This document shows, piece by piece, positions 38,360 to 48,460 of a stretch of DNA of 64,000 bases. A model generated the notes under the pieces. That model searched no databases. It was not told where the DNA came from and was given only the letters and a program-made list of their open reading frames with translations. The stretch lies in the NCBI GenBank assembly GCA_032654565.1, contig JAULAX010000018.1, forward strand, positions 320,001-384,000, written 5' to 3'. Position numbers and translations under genes: made by a program. How positions within the stretch are numbered: the first letter of the stretch is position 1; every line of letters starts with the position of its first letter. This DNA comes from Anaeromyxobacteraceae bacterium (GTDB lineage: Bacteria > Myxococcota > Myxococcia > Myxococcales > Anaeromyxobacteraceae).

Positions 38360-39082
38360 ATGACCGGCCTCCCCGACGACCTCGCCCGCCGCATCCTCGA
38401 GGGTTCACCCGACGCCGTGCTGGTCTCCGACCGGGCCGGCGCCATCCGCGGCTGGAACGGCGCGGCCGAGCGGCTCTTCGGCTTCCCGGCGGCCGAGGCG
38501 CTGGGCGTCTCGATGGATCTCATCGTCCCGGAGCGGCTGCGCGGCCGCCACTGGGGCGGCTGGGAGCAGGTCATGGCCTCGGGCGTGACCCGCTACGGCC
38601 AGGGCCAGCTGCTGGCGGTGCCGGCGCTCCACAAGGACGGCCGGCAGCTCTCGGTGGAGTTCTCCATCCAGCTGCTCAAGGACAGCGCCGGCCAGATCGA
38701 GTGGGTGGTGGCCGTCTTCCGCGACGTCACCGAGCGGTTCCAGCGCGACAAGGCGCTCAAGCTCCGGCTCAAGGAGCTGGAGACGACGCTCGGTGCGGCG
38801 GGCCAGGCGGTGCCCCTCCGCCCACCGCCGGCCGAGGCCGCGCCGGGGAGCCCGCGGGTGGTGAAGCGGCTCGACGCCCGGCCGCTCAAGGCCGCCGGCA
38901 TCCACCCGGTGGAGCAGGTGCTCGAGGAGGTCGCGCGGCTGGGTCCGGGCCAGGCCTTCGAGCTGGTCACACCGCACCTCCCGGGGCCCATCCTGGAGCG
39001 GGCCGGCGCGCTGGGCGTGAAGGGGAGGACCGTCCAGGTCGGACCCGAAGAGTTCGTCACCACCTTCACCCGCGAAGGGTAG
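38360..39082 (+). CDS. PAS domain protein fused to a C-terminal DUF2249-like domain
   Basis: PDAVLVSD..G.I..WN.AAERLFG, HKDG..LSVEFSI and RDVTER, then LDARPL...IHP...L.PGQ.FELVTPHLP.P. Confidence 0.8.
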   Translation: MTGLPDDLARRILEGSPDAVLVSDRAGAIRGWNGAAERLFGFPAAEALGVSMDLIVPERLRGRHWGGWEQVMASGVTRYGQGQLLAVPALHKDGRQLSVEFSIQLLKDSAGQIEWVVAVFRDVTERFQRDKALKLRLKELETTLGAAGQAVPLRPPPAEAAPGSPRVVKRLDARPLKAAGIHPVEQVLEEVARLGPGQAFELVTPHLPGPILERAGALGVKGRTVQVGPEEFVTTFTREG

Positions 39083-39193
39083 GGCCGCCGCCCGGCCCGG
39101 CGAAGGCCAGCGCGGTCGCAGTGTCGGTGGCCTGGGAGCGCTGGGCCGCCCACCGCCGCGCCCGGGCCAGCCCGGCGACGCCGGGTGGGCTGG

Positions 39194-40039
39194 CTAGAGG
39201 TCGGCCCGGGAGAGCCGGCGGATCGCCGCCAGGGTCGGCAGCACCGTCCAGGCCACCAGGGAGAGGGTCACCAGCACCGCGGCGCCGGCCGTGCCATGGG
39301 TGAAGCGCAGCAGCGCCAGGGAACCGGAGCCGAAGGCGGCGGTGCCCTCGATGGCGAGCAGGGCGCCGGTCCGCATGGCGCTGGCGGGGTTCAGGAGGAC
39401 CGAGAGGATGAGGAGCCGGGAGGCCGCCGTGGAGGGCAGCAGCGACGCCACGCCCAGCGCCACCAGGTCGACGAGGAGCACGGCCACGAACCAGACCACC
39501 AGGGCAACGGCCAGCGCCCGGGCCCGCTTTCGACCGACCGCACCGGCCGCGATGAGCGCGGCCAGCGCCAGGAACACGGCGGTGAGGAGGAACGAGCCCA
39601 GCACCAGCAGCGCGTAGCCGGCCGCGCCGTCCTCTCCGGTGTTCTGGAAGACCACCAGCCCGGCCAGGCCGAAGCCGACGGCCTCGGCGGCGGCCAGGGC
39701 CGCGAGCAGGCCGAGGAGCTTGCCGACCAGGATCTGGCGGCGTGCGATGGGCTGGGAGAAGAGCAGCTCGGCGGCGCCTCGTTCCGGGGCCAGGGCCATC
39801 ACGCCCATGAGGAGCGAGGCCAGCGGCACCACCAGCGCCACCAGCTGCACCAGCGAGGCGCTGGTGCGGGCGAAGTCCTGGAAGCCGTGACCGCCAGAGA
39901 GGATGTAGCCCGACGCGGAGACTCCCAGCGCCAGGACCGCGAAGACCGCGGCGAAGATCTGGGTCCAGCGCGAGCGAGCCGCCAGGAGCAGCTCCTGGCG
40001 GGCCACCAGCAGCACCAGGGAGGTGCGTGGGGCGCTCAT
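39194..40039 (-). CDS. nosY: ABC transporter permease NosY
   Basis: RTSASLVQL, ELLFSQPI.R.QIL.GKLLG and LLNP motifs; last gene of the nos run. Confidence 0.88.
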   Translation of the reverse strand: MSAPRTSLVLLVARQELLLAARSRWTQIFAAVFAVLALGVSASGYILSGGHGFQDFARTSASLVQLVALVVPLASLLMGVMALAPERGAAELLFSQPIARRQILVGKLLGLLAALAAAEAVGFGLAGLVVFQNTGEDGAAGYALLVLGSFLLTAVFLALAALIAAGAVGRKRARALAVALVVWFVAVLLVDLVALGVASLLPSTAASRLLILSVLLNPASAMRTGALLAIEGTAAFGSGSLALLRFTHGTAGAAVLVTLSLVAWTVLPTLAAIRRLSRADL

Positions 40040-40521
40040 GGCGTGCCGTCCGGCGGACCCTCGGGCCCGAAGAGATCGGCCGCGGTCCTCGGCGTCCCCC
40101 CAGCCGTGGCCGGATCGCCGTCGCGGGAAGCGGAGCTGGCGTGGGCGACCAGGTGCGAGGCCATGGGGGTCTGCAGCGCCTCGCGGTGGGTGAAGACCGC
40201 CCTGGAGGCGCGCACCCAATCCCGGGTGCCGTGGTCGGCCACGAAGGCCACCGAGCCGCGAGGCAGCCGCGGCTTCGCCATCAGATAGCCGCGCAGGCAG
40301 CCGATGTCGTCGAAGTGTCGGGCCTCCTCCCCTGGCGCCGCCAGCTGCGCAGCGAAGCGGGCATCGGAGACGGCCATGCGGCAGTGGGCACAGGTGTCGT
40401 TCCTGGTGTCGACGGCGCTGGGCTGCGCTGGACCGCGGCTGCAGGCAATCAAGCTCAAGGCCAGGGCCAGGGCCAAAGCGAGGTGCACGGCGGCCTCTGC
40501 GGCGACGCGGAGGGCCTTCAC
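40036..40521 (-). CDS. nosL: Copper chaperone lipoprotein NosL
   Basis: Lipobox LIAC, DTCAHCRMAVSD.RFAAQ, FDDIGC and TPMASH motifs. Confidence 0.9.
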   Translation of the reverse strand: MKALRVAAEAAVHLALALALALSLIACSRGPAQPSAVDTRNDTCAHCRMAVSDARFAAQLAAPGEEARHFDDIGCLRGYLMAKPRLPRGSVAFVADHGTRDWVRASRAVFTHREALQTPMASHLVAHASSASRDGDPATAGGTPRTAADLFGPEGPPDGTP

Positions 40522-41417
40522 GGGGCTGCCTCCGTCAGGTCCCGGTAGAGGGTGTCGAGGCGGCCGTCATCCGAGGCGATCCCCCGGATCTCGACGCCAC
40601 CCGACCGGACCGCCTCGAGCGCCGCGGCGCGAACCTCGGCCGCCCCGGGAATGGCGAGCTGCGACATAGCCCAGCGGGTCCCCGGAGCGGCGCGCTGGAC
40701 CCGCGCCAGCAGCTCCGGCGGACAGGCGTCGAGCCGGAGCCGCATCACGCCGCGCGAGGCCAGGCGGTCCGAGAGCTCGCGCTGGGTCAGGTCGGCCACC
40801 AGCCTCCCCTCCACCAGCACCGCCACCCGGTCGGCGAGCCGCTCCACGTCGCCCCACTGGTGCGAGGTGAAGAGCACGGTCTGGCCATGCTGCCGGCGCT
40901 GCTCCACCAGGCCGTAGAAGGCGCAGAGGCCATCGGCGTCCAGGGAGGAGGTGGGCTCGTCGAGGAGCAGCACCGGTGCGCTGGGAAGCGCCGCCACCGC
41001 CAGCCCCAGCCGCTGGGTCATGCCTCCGGAGTAGGTGCCCACCTGCCGCGCGGCCGCGCCATTGAGCGCCGCCACCTGGAGCACCTCGTCGGTCCGTGCC
41101 GGCTCTACGCCGCGAAGCAGGCGGTAGAACTCCACCACCTCACGCCCGGTGAGCAGGTCGGGGAAGGAGACCTTCTGGGGCAGGAAGGAGAGCACCCGGC
41201 GGGCCCCAGGCAGCGTCGCCGGGAGGCCCGGCTCCCCGACCAGGACCTGCCCCGACGAGGGGCGCAGCAGCCCGGCAGCCGCCTTGAGCGAGGTGGTCTT
41301 GCCCGAGCCGTTGGGGCCGAGGAGCGCCACCACCTCGCCGGCCCTGACCGTCAGGGTCAGCGCCTCGACGGCCCGGTGGGCCCCGAAGGACTTCTGCAGG
41401 GCATCGAAGCGGATCAC
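40518..41417 (-). CDS. nosF: ABC transporter ATP-binding protein NosF
   Basis: GPNGSGKTT, YSGGMTQRL and LLLDEPT motifs; lies between nosD and nosL. Confidence 0.9.
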   Translation of the reverse strand: MIRFDALQKSFGAHRAVEALTLTVRAGEVVALLGPNGSGKTTSLKAAAGLLRPSSGQVLVGEPGLPATLPGARRVLSFLPQKVSFPDLLTGREVVEFYRLLRGVEPARTDEVLQVAALNGAAARQVGTYSGGMTQRLGLAVAALPSAPVLLLDEPTSSLDADGLCAFYGLVEQRRQHGQTVLFTSHQWGDVERLADRVAVLVEGRLVADLTQRELSDRLASRGVMRLRLDACPPELLARVQRAAPGTRWAMSQLAIPGAAEVRAAALEAVRSGGVEIRGIASDDGRLDTLYRDLTEAAP

Positions 41418-42784
41418 GCCGACCTCCAGCGCCAGCGGCGGCCCGCGCCCAGGACCCCGAGCCCGGCGCCGGCCAGCCCCAGGGCGGCCAGCAGCCCCAA
41501 GGGGTCGAGGCGCCGCCCGCCCGGGTCGGGCACCGGGACGTCCGGGAGGGTCGGTGGGCGCGCCAGCGGGGCGCCGTCGGCCACCTGGATGGCCTCCAGG
41601 ACGGGGAAGGCCCGCTCGGCGGCCGAGAGCGCCAGCGCCGCCGGACTCTGCGCCATCAGGTCGGCGGCGGTGAGGTTGCCCCTCAGGTGGTCGAAGAGGC
41701 TCCCCAGGGTGTAGGGGCGGTCGCTGCGTCCGTCGCCGTCGAGATCGGGGGCGTCGTTGTCCGACCAGAAGTTGCCGTCGAAGCGAGTGTCGGTGCGGCG
41801 TGCGAAGAGCGCCAGCGGAGAGAGGTTCCCGATGAAGGCGTTGCCCTCGAACCGGTTCTCGGTGCTGGAGCCATAGAGGACGACGGCGACGTCCGACTGG
41901 GCCAGCAGGTTGCGCCGGAAGAGATTGCGCGAGGACCCCTCCAGGAAGACGCCGCGGGCGTTGTCGGCGATGAGGTTGTCCTCGGCCACCGAGTCGCTGA
42001 CATCCTTGAAGAGCAGCCCCACCGAGGCGAAGCCCCGGTTGTGGAGGAAGCTGTTGCGGCGAAACTGGATCCGCCTGGAGAACATCAGGACCGCGCCGGC
42101 GGCCGACTGCTCGAAGAGGTTGTCCTCGAAGACGTTGTCGTCCGAGTTCATGTAGTGCAGCCCGTAACGAAGCCGGCGGGCCAAATTGCCCCGGATCAGG
42201 CCCTGTGAGGCGTTCTGGACATAGATGCCGTCCCGGGAATCGGCGATGTCGTTCCCCACGAAGGCGAAGCCGGTGGTGTTCCAGACGTGGATGCCGGAGC
42301 CCTTCTCGCCGGCCTCACGGCCCGGGATCCCGCGGATGACGTTGCCCTCGACCAGAGCACCCGGCGATTCCCGCAGGTAGATGCCGAAGAGGGTGTTGCC
42401 GATGCGGCAGTCACGAATGGTGACACGGGGGGCAGCCACGTGCACGCCGGAGGCGTCGGCAGAGATGTCGCCCCCGGCCAGCCCGTCGATGTCGAACCCC
42501 TCCACCACCACGTCGGCGGCCCGGACGCGGACCACGCTCCCGGTTCCCGAGCCGATCAGGTTGGGACGGCCCCGGCCCACCAGGCGGACCGGGCGATCGA
42601 GGTAGAGATCACCACGGTAGGTGCCTGACCCCACCTCCACCACCGAGCCGAGCTCGGCGGCGTCGATGCGCCGCTGCAGCGGGGAGGCCGCCGACGGCGG
42701 CGGCCTCCCCTCCAGGTTGCCCGGGAGGACAGCCGGCATGTCGGCGACCGCCAGGAGGGCCGCCAGGACCAGGGAGGGGATCAC
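41414..42784 (-). CDS. nosD: Nitrous oxide reductase maturation protein NosD
   Basis: Parallel beta-helix repeats, RDGIY, LRYGLHYM and GNFWSD...DLDGDG..D.PY motifs. Confidence 0.93.
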   Translation of the reverse strand: MIPSLVLAALLAVADMPAVLPGNLEGRPPPSAASPLQRRIDAAELGSVVEVGSGTYRGDLYLDRPVRLVGRGRPNLIGSGTGSVVRVRAADVVVEGFDIDGLAGGDISADASGVHVAAPRVTIRDCRIGNTLFGIYLRESPGALVEGNVIRGIPGREAGEKGSGIHVWNTTGFAFVGNDIADSRDGIYVQNASQGLIRGNLARRLRYGLHYMNSDDNVFEDNLFEQSAAGAVLMFSRRIQFRRNSFLHNRGFASVGLLFKDVSDSVAEDNLIADNARGVFLEGSSRNLFRRNLLAQSDVAVVLYGSSTENRFEGNAFIGNLSPLALFARRTDTRFDGNFWSDNDAPDLDGDGRSDRPYTLGSLFDHLRGNLTAADLMAQSPAALALSAAERAFPVLEAIQVADGAPLARPPTLPDVPVPDPGGRRLDPLGLLAALGLAGAGLGVLGAGRRWRWRSA

Positions 42785-42796
42785 GGCGATCAGATA

Positions 42797-43447
42797 TTAC
42801 CCGGGCCCCTGGCCTGCCACCGTTCCGGCGCGGCCGGCCGCCCGCACCGAGAGGCCCAGGGCCAGGAACAGCGCCAGCGCAACGGCCCCAAGCGCCCATG
42901 AGGCGAGCGATGGGTAGGAGTAGACCTCGAAGTTGGCGAGCTGCTTTCCTCCGAAGAGGGGTGGCATGAAGGGCGGGACCTTCACCGCCGCGGTCGGATC
43001 CAGGTTGTGTCCATAGGCCCACATCTTGTGGGCGAAGGACCACATGGAGAAGCCGCTGAAGTAGGCGAAGAGCACGGTCACATCGATGAGATACCCCACC
43101 GTCCCCAGCACCACGGCCCGGAGGAAGAGCAGCCCGAAGGCCCCGATGGCAAAGGGGAGCCAGAGGAACTCGGTGAAGTCCTCGGTCACCAGATCCTTCA
43201 TGCCGATGTAGTGGTTGAGGAGGTTGATCTCCTTGGTGTCCTGCCCGGCGTGCCCGCCCTCCAGCTTGTAGCTGTAGATGTCGAGGCGCAGCCCCTCCTG
43301 GTACTGGGGCGCGAACATGGTCAGCCGCCAGAGTGGCGAGACCAGGGCCGGCACCAGCAGCAGCGTGGCCAGGAGGAGGAGCCCCCGTGGACCGAGCCCA
43401 AGCGGTGACTTGAGGATCCGGTCGCACTTCTCGATGAACGATCGCAC
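42797..43447 (-). CDS. nosB: Clade II nos membrane protein (NosB-like)
   Basis: PLW...APQY.EGL, INLLNHYIGM and YGHNLDPTA motifs; lies between nosZ and nosD. Confidence 0.8.
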   Translation of the reverse strand: MRSFIEKCDRILKSPLGLGPRGLLLLATLLLVPALVSPLWRLTMFAPQYQEGLRLDIYSYKLEGGHAGQDTKEINLLNHYIGMKDLVTEDFTEFLWLPFAIGAFGLLFLRAVVLGTVGYLIDVTVLFAYFSGFSMWSFAHKMWAYGHNLDPTAAVKVPPFMPPLFGGKQLANFEVYSYPSLASWALGAVALALFLALGLSVRAAGRAGTVAGQGPG

Positions 43448-43465
43448 GGGGCCTCCGGGCCTGGG

Positions 43466-45334
43466 CTACTTGGGCTTCACGATCAGGTAGCCCTGCATCT
43501 CCTGGTGGAGCGCTGAGCAGAAGTTGGTGCAGTAGTAGGGGAAGACGCCCGGGCGATCGATCTTGAGCGTGACCGTCTTGGTCTCGCCCGGATCCACCAC
43601 GATGTTGGTGTTCCAGTCGAGCAGCCCGAAACCATGCAGTTCGTCGGTGGTCTGCTCGATGTTGGTCAGGGCGAAGGTCACGGTGTCACCTTCCCGCACC
43701 TCCACCGAGGTGGGCGTGATGGTGGAGCGCACCAGCACGGCCTTGACGATCACCTTGTCGCCCTGGCGGGTCACCCCGGCGTCCTTGACGTCCCAGACCG
43801 CCAGCGGGTGCTTGTTCTCCTCCTTGGGATAGACCTCGATGGCGTGGATCTTGTCGGCCTTGATCATCTGGGCGTAGTGGGGCTCGGGCTCGGTGAAGGC
43901 GTCGTAGAGGAGCTTCATCTTCTCCTCCGAGATGTCCACCAGCTGCGAGGACTCGGGCTGCGACGGGCCCACCGACAGGTGGCGGCCGTGCGACAGCTTG
44001 TTGAGGCCCACCAGGTACTTGCCATCCGGGCTGACGGTGTCGCCCTCGGCGGCGCAGAGGTGGCCGATGGAGTAGCTCATGGGCACCTTGTCCACCACCT
44101 CCCAGGTCCCCAGCTTCCACTTGGCGATGGCGCTGTCGACGAAGAGGGAGGTGTAGGCCCAGTTGTCCGGCCCGAACTGGGTGTGGAGCGGCCCCAGCCC
44201 CACCTGGATCTCGGCGTCCTTGATGGACTCGTACTTGAGCACCGGGATCCCGTCTTCTTCGCCGGTGAAGTCCTTGTTCTTGATGGCGGTCAGCACCTTC
44301 TCGAAGTTGAAGGCGGTGGTGATGCCGGCCAGCTTGCCGGAGCCGACCACCCACTTCCCGGTGGGGGAGACGTCCACGCCGTGGGGGGACTTCCCGCAGG
44401 GCATGAGGTAGACGAACCCCGGGACCTTCTTCGGGTCGATCACCTTGACGCCACCGATCAGGTCGCCCTTGCCCTCCTTGGCGTACTTCTCGGCGTCGCG
44501 CCAGTTGATGGCCACGATGTAGTCGCGATCCTTCTGTGAGGCGGTGACCTCCAGCTTCCCGGTGGCGCGCTCGGTGTTGTAGGCGGTCAGGAAGAACCAG
44601 CCATCGGAGATCCCCTTGCCGGCGTCGCCGATGTCCCAGTCGAAGGGCGGAAGCAGCACCTCCCACCCCAGGGTCATGGCGCCGGACTTCGGGTCGATCT
44701 TGATGCCGGCGGCGACCCCCTTGTAGGAGGCGGCGTACTTGTCGATCGAGGCGTAGGTCCCCTTGGGGATGGGGATCGAGAAGCGGGTCGACATGATGGC
44801 GTACTCGGTGTTGGGCGTGACGAAGGAGGAGCCGTGGTTGCCCGAGATGTTGGCCACCGGCCCGATGATCTCCTTGGTCTTGAAGTCCCGCAGGTCGATG
44901 CGGGCGATGCGGCCGTTCATCTCGTTGATGAAGAGCCAGCGGCCGTCGTAGTCGCCGTTGGTCTCGGAGAGCGCCGGGTGATGGGCGTCGCCCCAGGTGA
45001 AGCGTCCGAGCATCTTCTTGGTGTCGTCGTCGAACCCGTAGCCGGTCCCGGGATAGGGCGTGAAGACCGGGATGGTGGAGAGGTGGCGCATCGATGGCAC
45101 CCCGTACACGTAGACCTGGCCCGAGTGGCCTCCCGACGAGAACAGGTAGTACTCGTCGAGATCGCCTGGCGCCACGTAGGTCTTCATGGCAGCGACCTGG
45201 AGGTCAGAGGCCGCGGTGGGGGCCTTCTTGGCGCTGGTGGGCGCCGACGGGGCGCAGCGCGCCAGCAGCAGGGCGCCCGTCATCAGCCCGGCCGCGGCCA
45301 GGCTGCGCTTCGACCACTTCGTCATCTGGTTCAT
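43466..45334 (-). CDS. nosZ: Sec-dependent (clade II) nitrous oxide reductase
   Basis: SGGHSGQ; CuZ His motifs DAHHP, GNHG, SPHG, GPLH, IGH and EPH; CuA motif CTNFCSALHQEM. The leader has no twin-Arg and a Cys follows the hydrophobic stretch. Confidence 0.97.
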   Translation of the reverse strand: MNQMTKWSKRSLAAAGLMTGALLLARCAPSAPTSAKKAPTAASDLQVAAMKTYVAPGDLDEYYLFSSGGHSGQVYVYGVPSMRHLSTIPVFTPYPGTGYGFDDDTKKMLGRFTWGDAHHPALSETNGDYDGRWLFINEMNGRIARIDLRDFKTKEIIGPVANISGNHGSSFVTPNTEYAIMSTRFSIPIPKGTYASIDKYAASYKGVAAGIKIDPKSGAMTLGWEVLLPPFDWDIGDAGKGISDGWFFLTAYNTERATGKLEVTASQKDRDYIVAINWRDAEKYAKEGKGDLIGGVKVIDPKKVPGFVYLMPCGKSPHGVDVSPTGKWVVGSGKLAGITTAFNFEKVLTAIKNKDFTGEEDGIPVLKYESIKDAEIQVGLGPLHTQFGPDNWAYTSLFVDSAIAKWKLGTWEVVDKVPMSYSIGHLCAAEGDTVSPDGKYLVGLNKLSHGRHLSVGPSQPESSQLVDISEEKMKLLYDAFTEPEPHYAQMIKADKIHAIEVYPKEENKHPLAVWDVKDAGVTRQGDKVIVKAVLVRSTITPTSVEVREGDTVTFALTNIEQTTDELHGFGLLDWNTNIVVDPGETKTVTLKIDRPGVFPYYCTNFCSALHQEMQGYLIVKPK

Positions 45335-45363
45335 GGGTCCATCCTTCCTGTGGATGTGAACGG

Positions 45364-46587
45364 CTAACGGCTCAAGGGCGCGGCCGTGCCAGCCGCCTTC
45401 TGCTTCTGGTACTCGGCGAAGGCCTCGCGGAGCTTCGAGATGGCCACCGCCTTCTCCTCGGGAGAGAGGATGATCTGCCGCGACAGCACCACGGCCATGG
45501 TCCCGGAGGGCGTCGCGATGAAGTCGTCGATGGTCCGCCCGAAGCGCTTCTGGACGTCCTCGACCGCGATGGAGAGGTCGGGGCCAATCTGGGCCGGGCT
45601 CTTCACGCCCAGGGATGAGATGGAGTGGCAGACGAAGCAGCCGGTCTTGACGAACCAGGCGCCAGGGCCGGTGGCCATCTTCCGCTCGGTCTCGACCTCG
45701 TCGACGGTCTGCGGGTCGGTGCGGGGCGCGCCGGCCAGGAAGGTGGCCGGCACCGGCGAGCGCCGCCATGACAGGACCAGCATGGCAAGCGCCTGGGCCT
45801 CCTTGGTGGTGAAGTTGAACTGGGGCATGACCGTGTCCTGCACCAGCGCCCGGGGCTCCTTGAAGTGGGCCACGTGCCAGGCAAACGAGGTCTTCTGGCC
45901 GGAGAGGTGGCTGAAGTCGTACTGCTCAGCCGCCTTCTCGCCGGCGAAGGTGAGGTCCGGGCCGATGGTGCCGCCGCGGCCGTTGATGACGTGGCAGGCG
46001 CGGCACCCCTTGTCCTTGACCAGGGCCTTGGCGAGGTTGATGGCGTCGGCCCCCTTGGTCTCGCGGTCGTAGCGGTGGCAGACGTTGCAGTTCATCTGCT
46101 GGAGCGCGCCCTTCTCGACCAGGTTGTAGCCCTCGCCCATGGAGCGGGAGAGCACCGGCTCCTCCCAGTAGGCCACCGGGCCGTGGGCCTCGGGCGCGTC
46201 GATGGCGTACCCCTGGCCGCCGTGACAGGCGCTGCAGCCGTACCGCTCCGGGGGGTGGAGGCGGAGGATGGCCTCCGGATGGGTCCGGAAGGGCTGCTCG
46301 GCGTCGTCGAAGCCCTTCCACTTGGTGGCCTGGTGGCAGCTGATGCAGCGGTCGGCGCGCTGCATCTCCGGCACCCAGACCTGCTGCAGGCCAGCCGGCA
46401 CCAGGGCGGCCTTGTCGGCGCCGAACTTCGCCCCCACCCGGCTCTTGAACTCGGCCTGGTAGTAGCGCCAGTCGTGGGCCCGGTCGCTGCGCACGAAGAG
46501 GACCGTGGAGATCACCAGCACAACGCCGATGACGGCCAGGATGGCGCGATCGCGCTGGCGGAACGGCGAGGGAGAACGCTTCTCCAT
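45364..46587 (-). CDS. Membrane-anchored multiheme cytochrome c (5 CxxCH)
   Basis: CISCH, CSACH, CNVCH, CRACH and CFVCH; N-terminal TM helix. Confidence 0.9.
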   Translation of the reverse strand: MEKRSPSPFRQRDRAILAVIGVVLVISTVLFVRSDRAHDWRYYQAEFKSRVGAKFGADKAALVPAGLQQVWVPEMQRADRCISCHQATKWKGFDDAEQPFRTHPEAILRLHPPERYGCSACHGGQGYAIDAPEAHGPVAYWEEPVLSRSMGEGYNLVEKGALQQMNCNVCHRYDRETKGADAINLAKALVKDKGCRACHVINGRGGTIGPDLTFAGEKAAEQYDFSHLSGQKTSFAWHVAHFKEPRALVQDTVMPQFNFTTKEAQALAMLVLSWRRSPVPATFLAGAPRTDPQTVDEVETERKMATGPGAWFVKTGCFVCHSISSLGVKSPAQIGPDLSIAVEDVQKRFGRTIDDFIATPSGTMAVVLSRQIILSPEEKAVAISKLREAFAEYQKQKAAGTAAPLSR

Positions 46588-46589
46588 GG

Positions 46590-47930
46590 TCAAATCCTCG
46601 TCGGCAGTTCGATCCAGGCCTGCCAGGGCCAGTAGAGCTGCCAGTAGGGTCCGCGGCAGAAGGTGCCGACGAAGGTGAGCACCAGCACGCCCAGCACGAT
46701 GAGCAGGAAGACCAGGTTCTGCCGCTGCCGGGTCTGTGGGAGCCAGCGGCCAGCTGCCGCCGTCGGGCTCTTGTCGAGCCACGGCCAGGCAGCCAGCGCG
46801 CCCACCAGGATGCCCGGCAGGATGACGCCGCCCAGGAAGGCGCCGTTCACCGTGAAGGAGCCGATCTTGATGGTGGTGTCGGTGACGATCTCCTGCAGCC
46901 AGAGGAAGTACCAGGGCGCCTTGGCGGGGTTGGGCGTCACCAGCGCGTTGGCGGCCTCCTCGAGCGGCGAGTGCACGAACACCGAGAGGATGCTCATGGC
47001 CGCGATGGTGCCGAGCACGACGATGGCGATGCGCCGGGTGAGGTCGGGGATGGAGCTGACCGTGGTGTCGGCGGCCTCGATCGAGGAGGCGCGGATGGTC
47101 GGGCCAGTGCCCCGGGCGATGCCGAGGAGGGTGTAGGTCTTGGTCTGGCCGGGCGGGACCTCGACCTTGGCCGGTAGCGACGCGGCGTGGTCGGCGCTGG
47201 CCAGCCCGCCGTCCTTGCGGATGCGCCACATGTGGTAGGCGAAGAGGATGCCGAGCCCGCCGGGCAGCACGATGACGTGGAGGACGTAGAAGCGGATCAG
47301 CGTGGCCTGATCGATGTTGCGCCCGCCCAGCAGCAGCTCACGGATCTGCGGCCCTACCCAGGGCACCGCCGAGGCGATGTTGGTGCCGACCGTGACCGCC
47401 CAGTAGGCGAGCTGGTCCCAGGGCAGCAGGTACCCGGTGAAGCTGAGGAAGAGCGTCAGCAGCAGCATGACGATCCCCATCAACCAGTTCCACTCCCGGT
47501 GTTGGCCGCGGCCCGGGCCGTTCTTGTAAGCGCCGGTGAGGAAGACCCGGACCAGGTGGAGGAAGACCGCGGCCACCATGAAGTGGGCGCCGAACCGGTG
47601 CACCGAGCGGATCCAGTAGCCGAAGGTGATGACGAACTCGATGTCCTTCACCGAGCCGTAGGCCCGCTCCACCGAGGGCACGTAGAGGAAGAGCAGCGGC
47701 AGGCCAGAGAGCACCAGCAGCAGGAGCAGCGCCGCCGAGACCGTCCCCAGCCAGAGCGAGTAGCGCCAGGCCAGCGAGTCCTTCAGGGCCTTGGCCGGGA
47801 ACCAGTGGAAGATGAAGTTGGAGACGATGGCGTCGCCGGCCTGCCGATCGGAGGCTGGGTCGAGGCTCCAGAGCGGTCGCGGGTGGACGCCGGGGGCCTG
47901 CGTCTTCTCGGCTTCGGGGGGATGGGCCAC
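46590..47930 (-). CDS. Cytochrome b (b6 plus subunit IV fused)
   Basis: IRSVHRFGAH..V..VFLHL.RVF.TG.YK, TGYLLPWDQ, RFYVLH and PNPAKAPWYF motifs. Confidence 0.92.
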   Translation of the reverse strand: MAHPPEAEKTQAPGVHPRPLWSLDPASDRQAGDAIVSNFIFHWFPAKALKDSLAWRYSLWLGTVSAALLLLLVLSGLPLLFLYVPSVERAYGSVKDIEFVITFGYWIRSVHRFGAHFMVAAVFLHLVRVFLTGAYKNGPGRGQHREWNWLMGIVMLLLTLFLSFTGYLLPWDQLAYWAVTVGTNIASAVPWVGPQIRELLLGGRNIDQATLIRFYVLHVIVLPGGLGILFAYHMWRIRKDGGLASADHAASLPAKVEVPPGQTKTYTLLGIARGTGPTIRASSIEAADTTVSSIPDLTRRIAIVVLGTIAAMSILSVFVHSPLEEAANALVTPNPAKAPWYFLWLQEIVTDTTIKIGSFTVNGAFLGGVILPGILVGALAAWPWLDKSPTAAAGRWLPQTRQRQNLVFLLIVLGVLVLTFVGTFCRGPYWQLYWPWQAWIELPTRI

Positions 47931-47941
47931 GGTGGGGCTCC

Positions 47942-48460
47942 TCAGGCCAGGGTGAGGCGGAAGGTGCGCTCGACCGGCCTCGCCAGGTCCACCACCAGCT
48001 GCCCGTCGTCGGTGGCGATCGAGAGGTGGAACCAGTCGAGGGGCTTGGGGGCCGGGCCGGCCACGTTCTCGCCATCGCCGGTGTACTTGGAGCCATGGCA
48101 GGGACAGAGGAACCGGTGGGTGAGGCGCAGCGGGCTGCCCTCCACGGTCCGGGTCTCCACCTGCGAGAGCGCCTCGGCTCGGACCGTGCATCCCAGGTGG
48201 GTGCAGACCGCCGAGATGGCGTGGAGCACTTTGCCCTCCCGGAAGACGTAGAGGCGCTGGTCGGGGAGGAACTTCATCCCGTCGGGGAACTCCTGCGGGA
48301 AACCAAGCTTCACCGTGGTGGGGGCGTCGTAGGAGACGTTGGGTACCAGCGAGCGCAGCGAGGCCAGCCCCTGGCCGCCGAGCGCGACCAGGCCGGCGCC
48401 GATGCCGATCTTCACGAAGAACTCCCGGCGGTCCCCGGGCTGGTCCGGTTTCTGGCTCAT
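47942..48460 (-). CDS. Rieske [2Fe-2S] protein with Tat signal
   Basis: RREFF, CTHLGC, CPCHGS and GPAPKPL motifs. Confidence 0.93.
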   Translation of the reverse strand: MSQKPDQPGDRREFFVKIGIGAGLVALGGQGLASLRSLVPNVSYDAPTTVKLGFPQEFPDGMKFLPDQRLYVFREGKVLHAISAVCTHLGCTVRAEALSQVETRTVEGSPLRLTHRFLCPCHGSKYTGDGENVAGPAPKPLDWFHLSIATDDGQLVVDLARPVERTFRLTLA

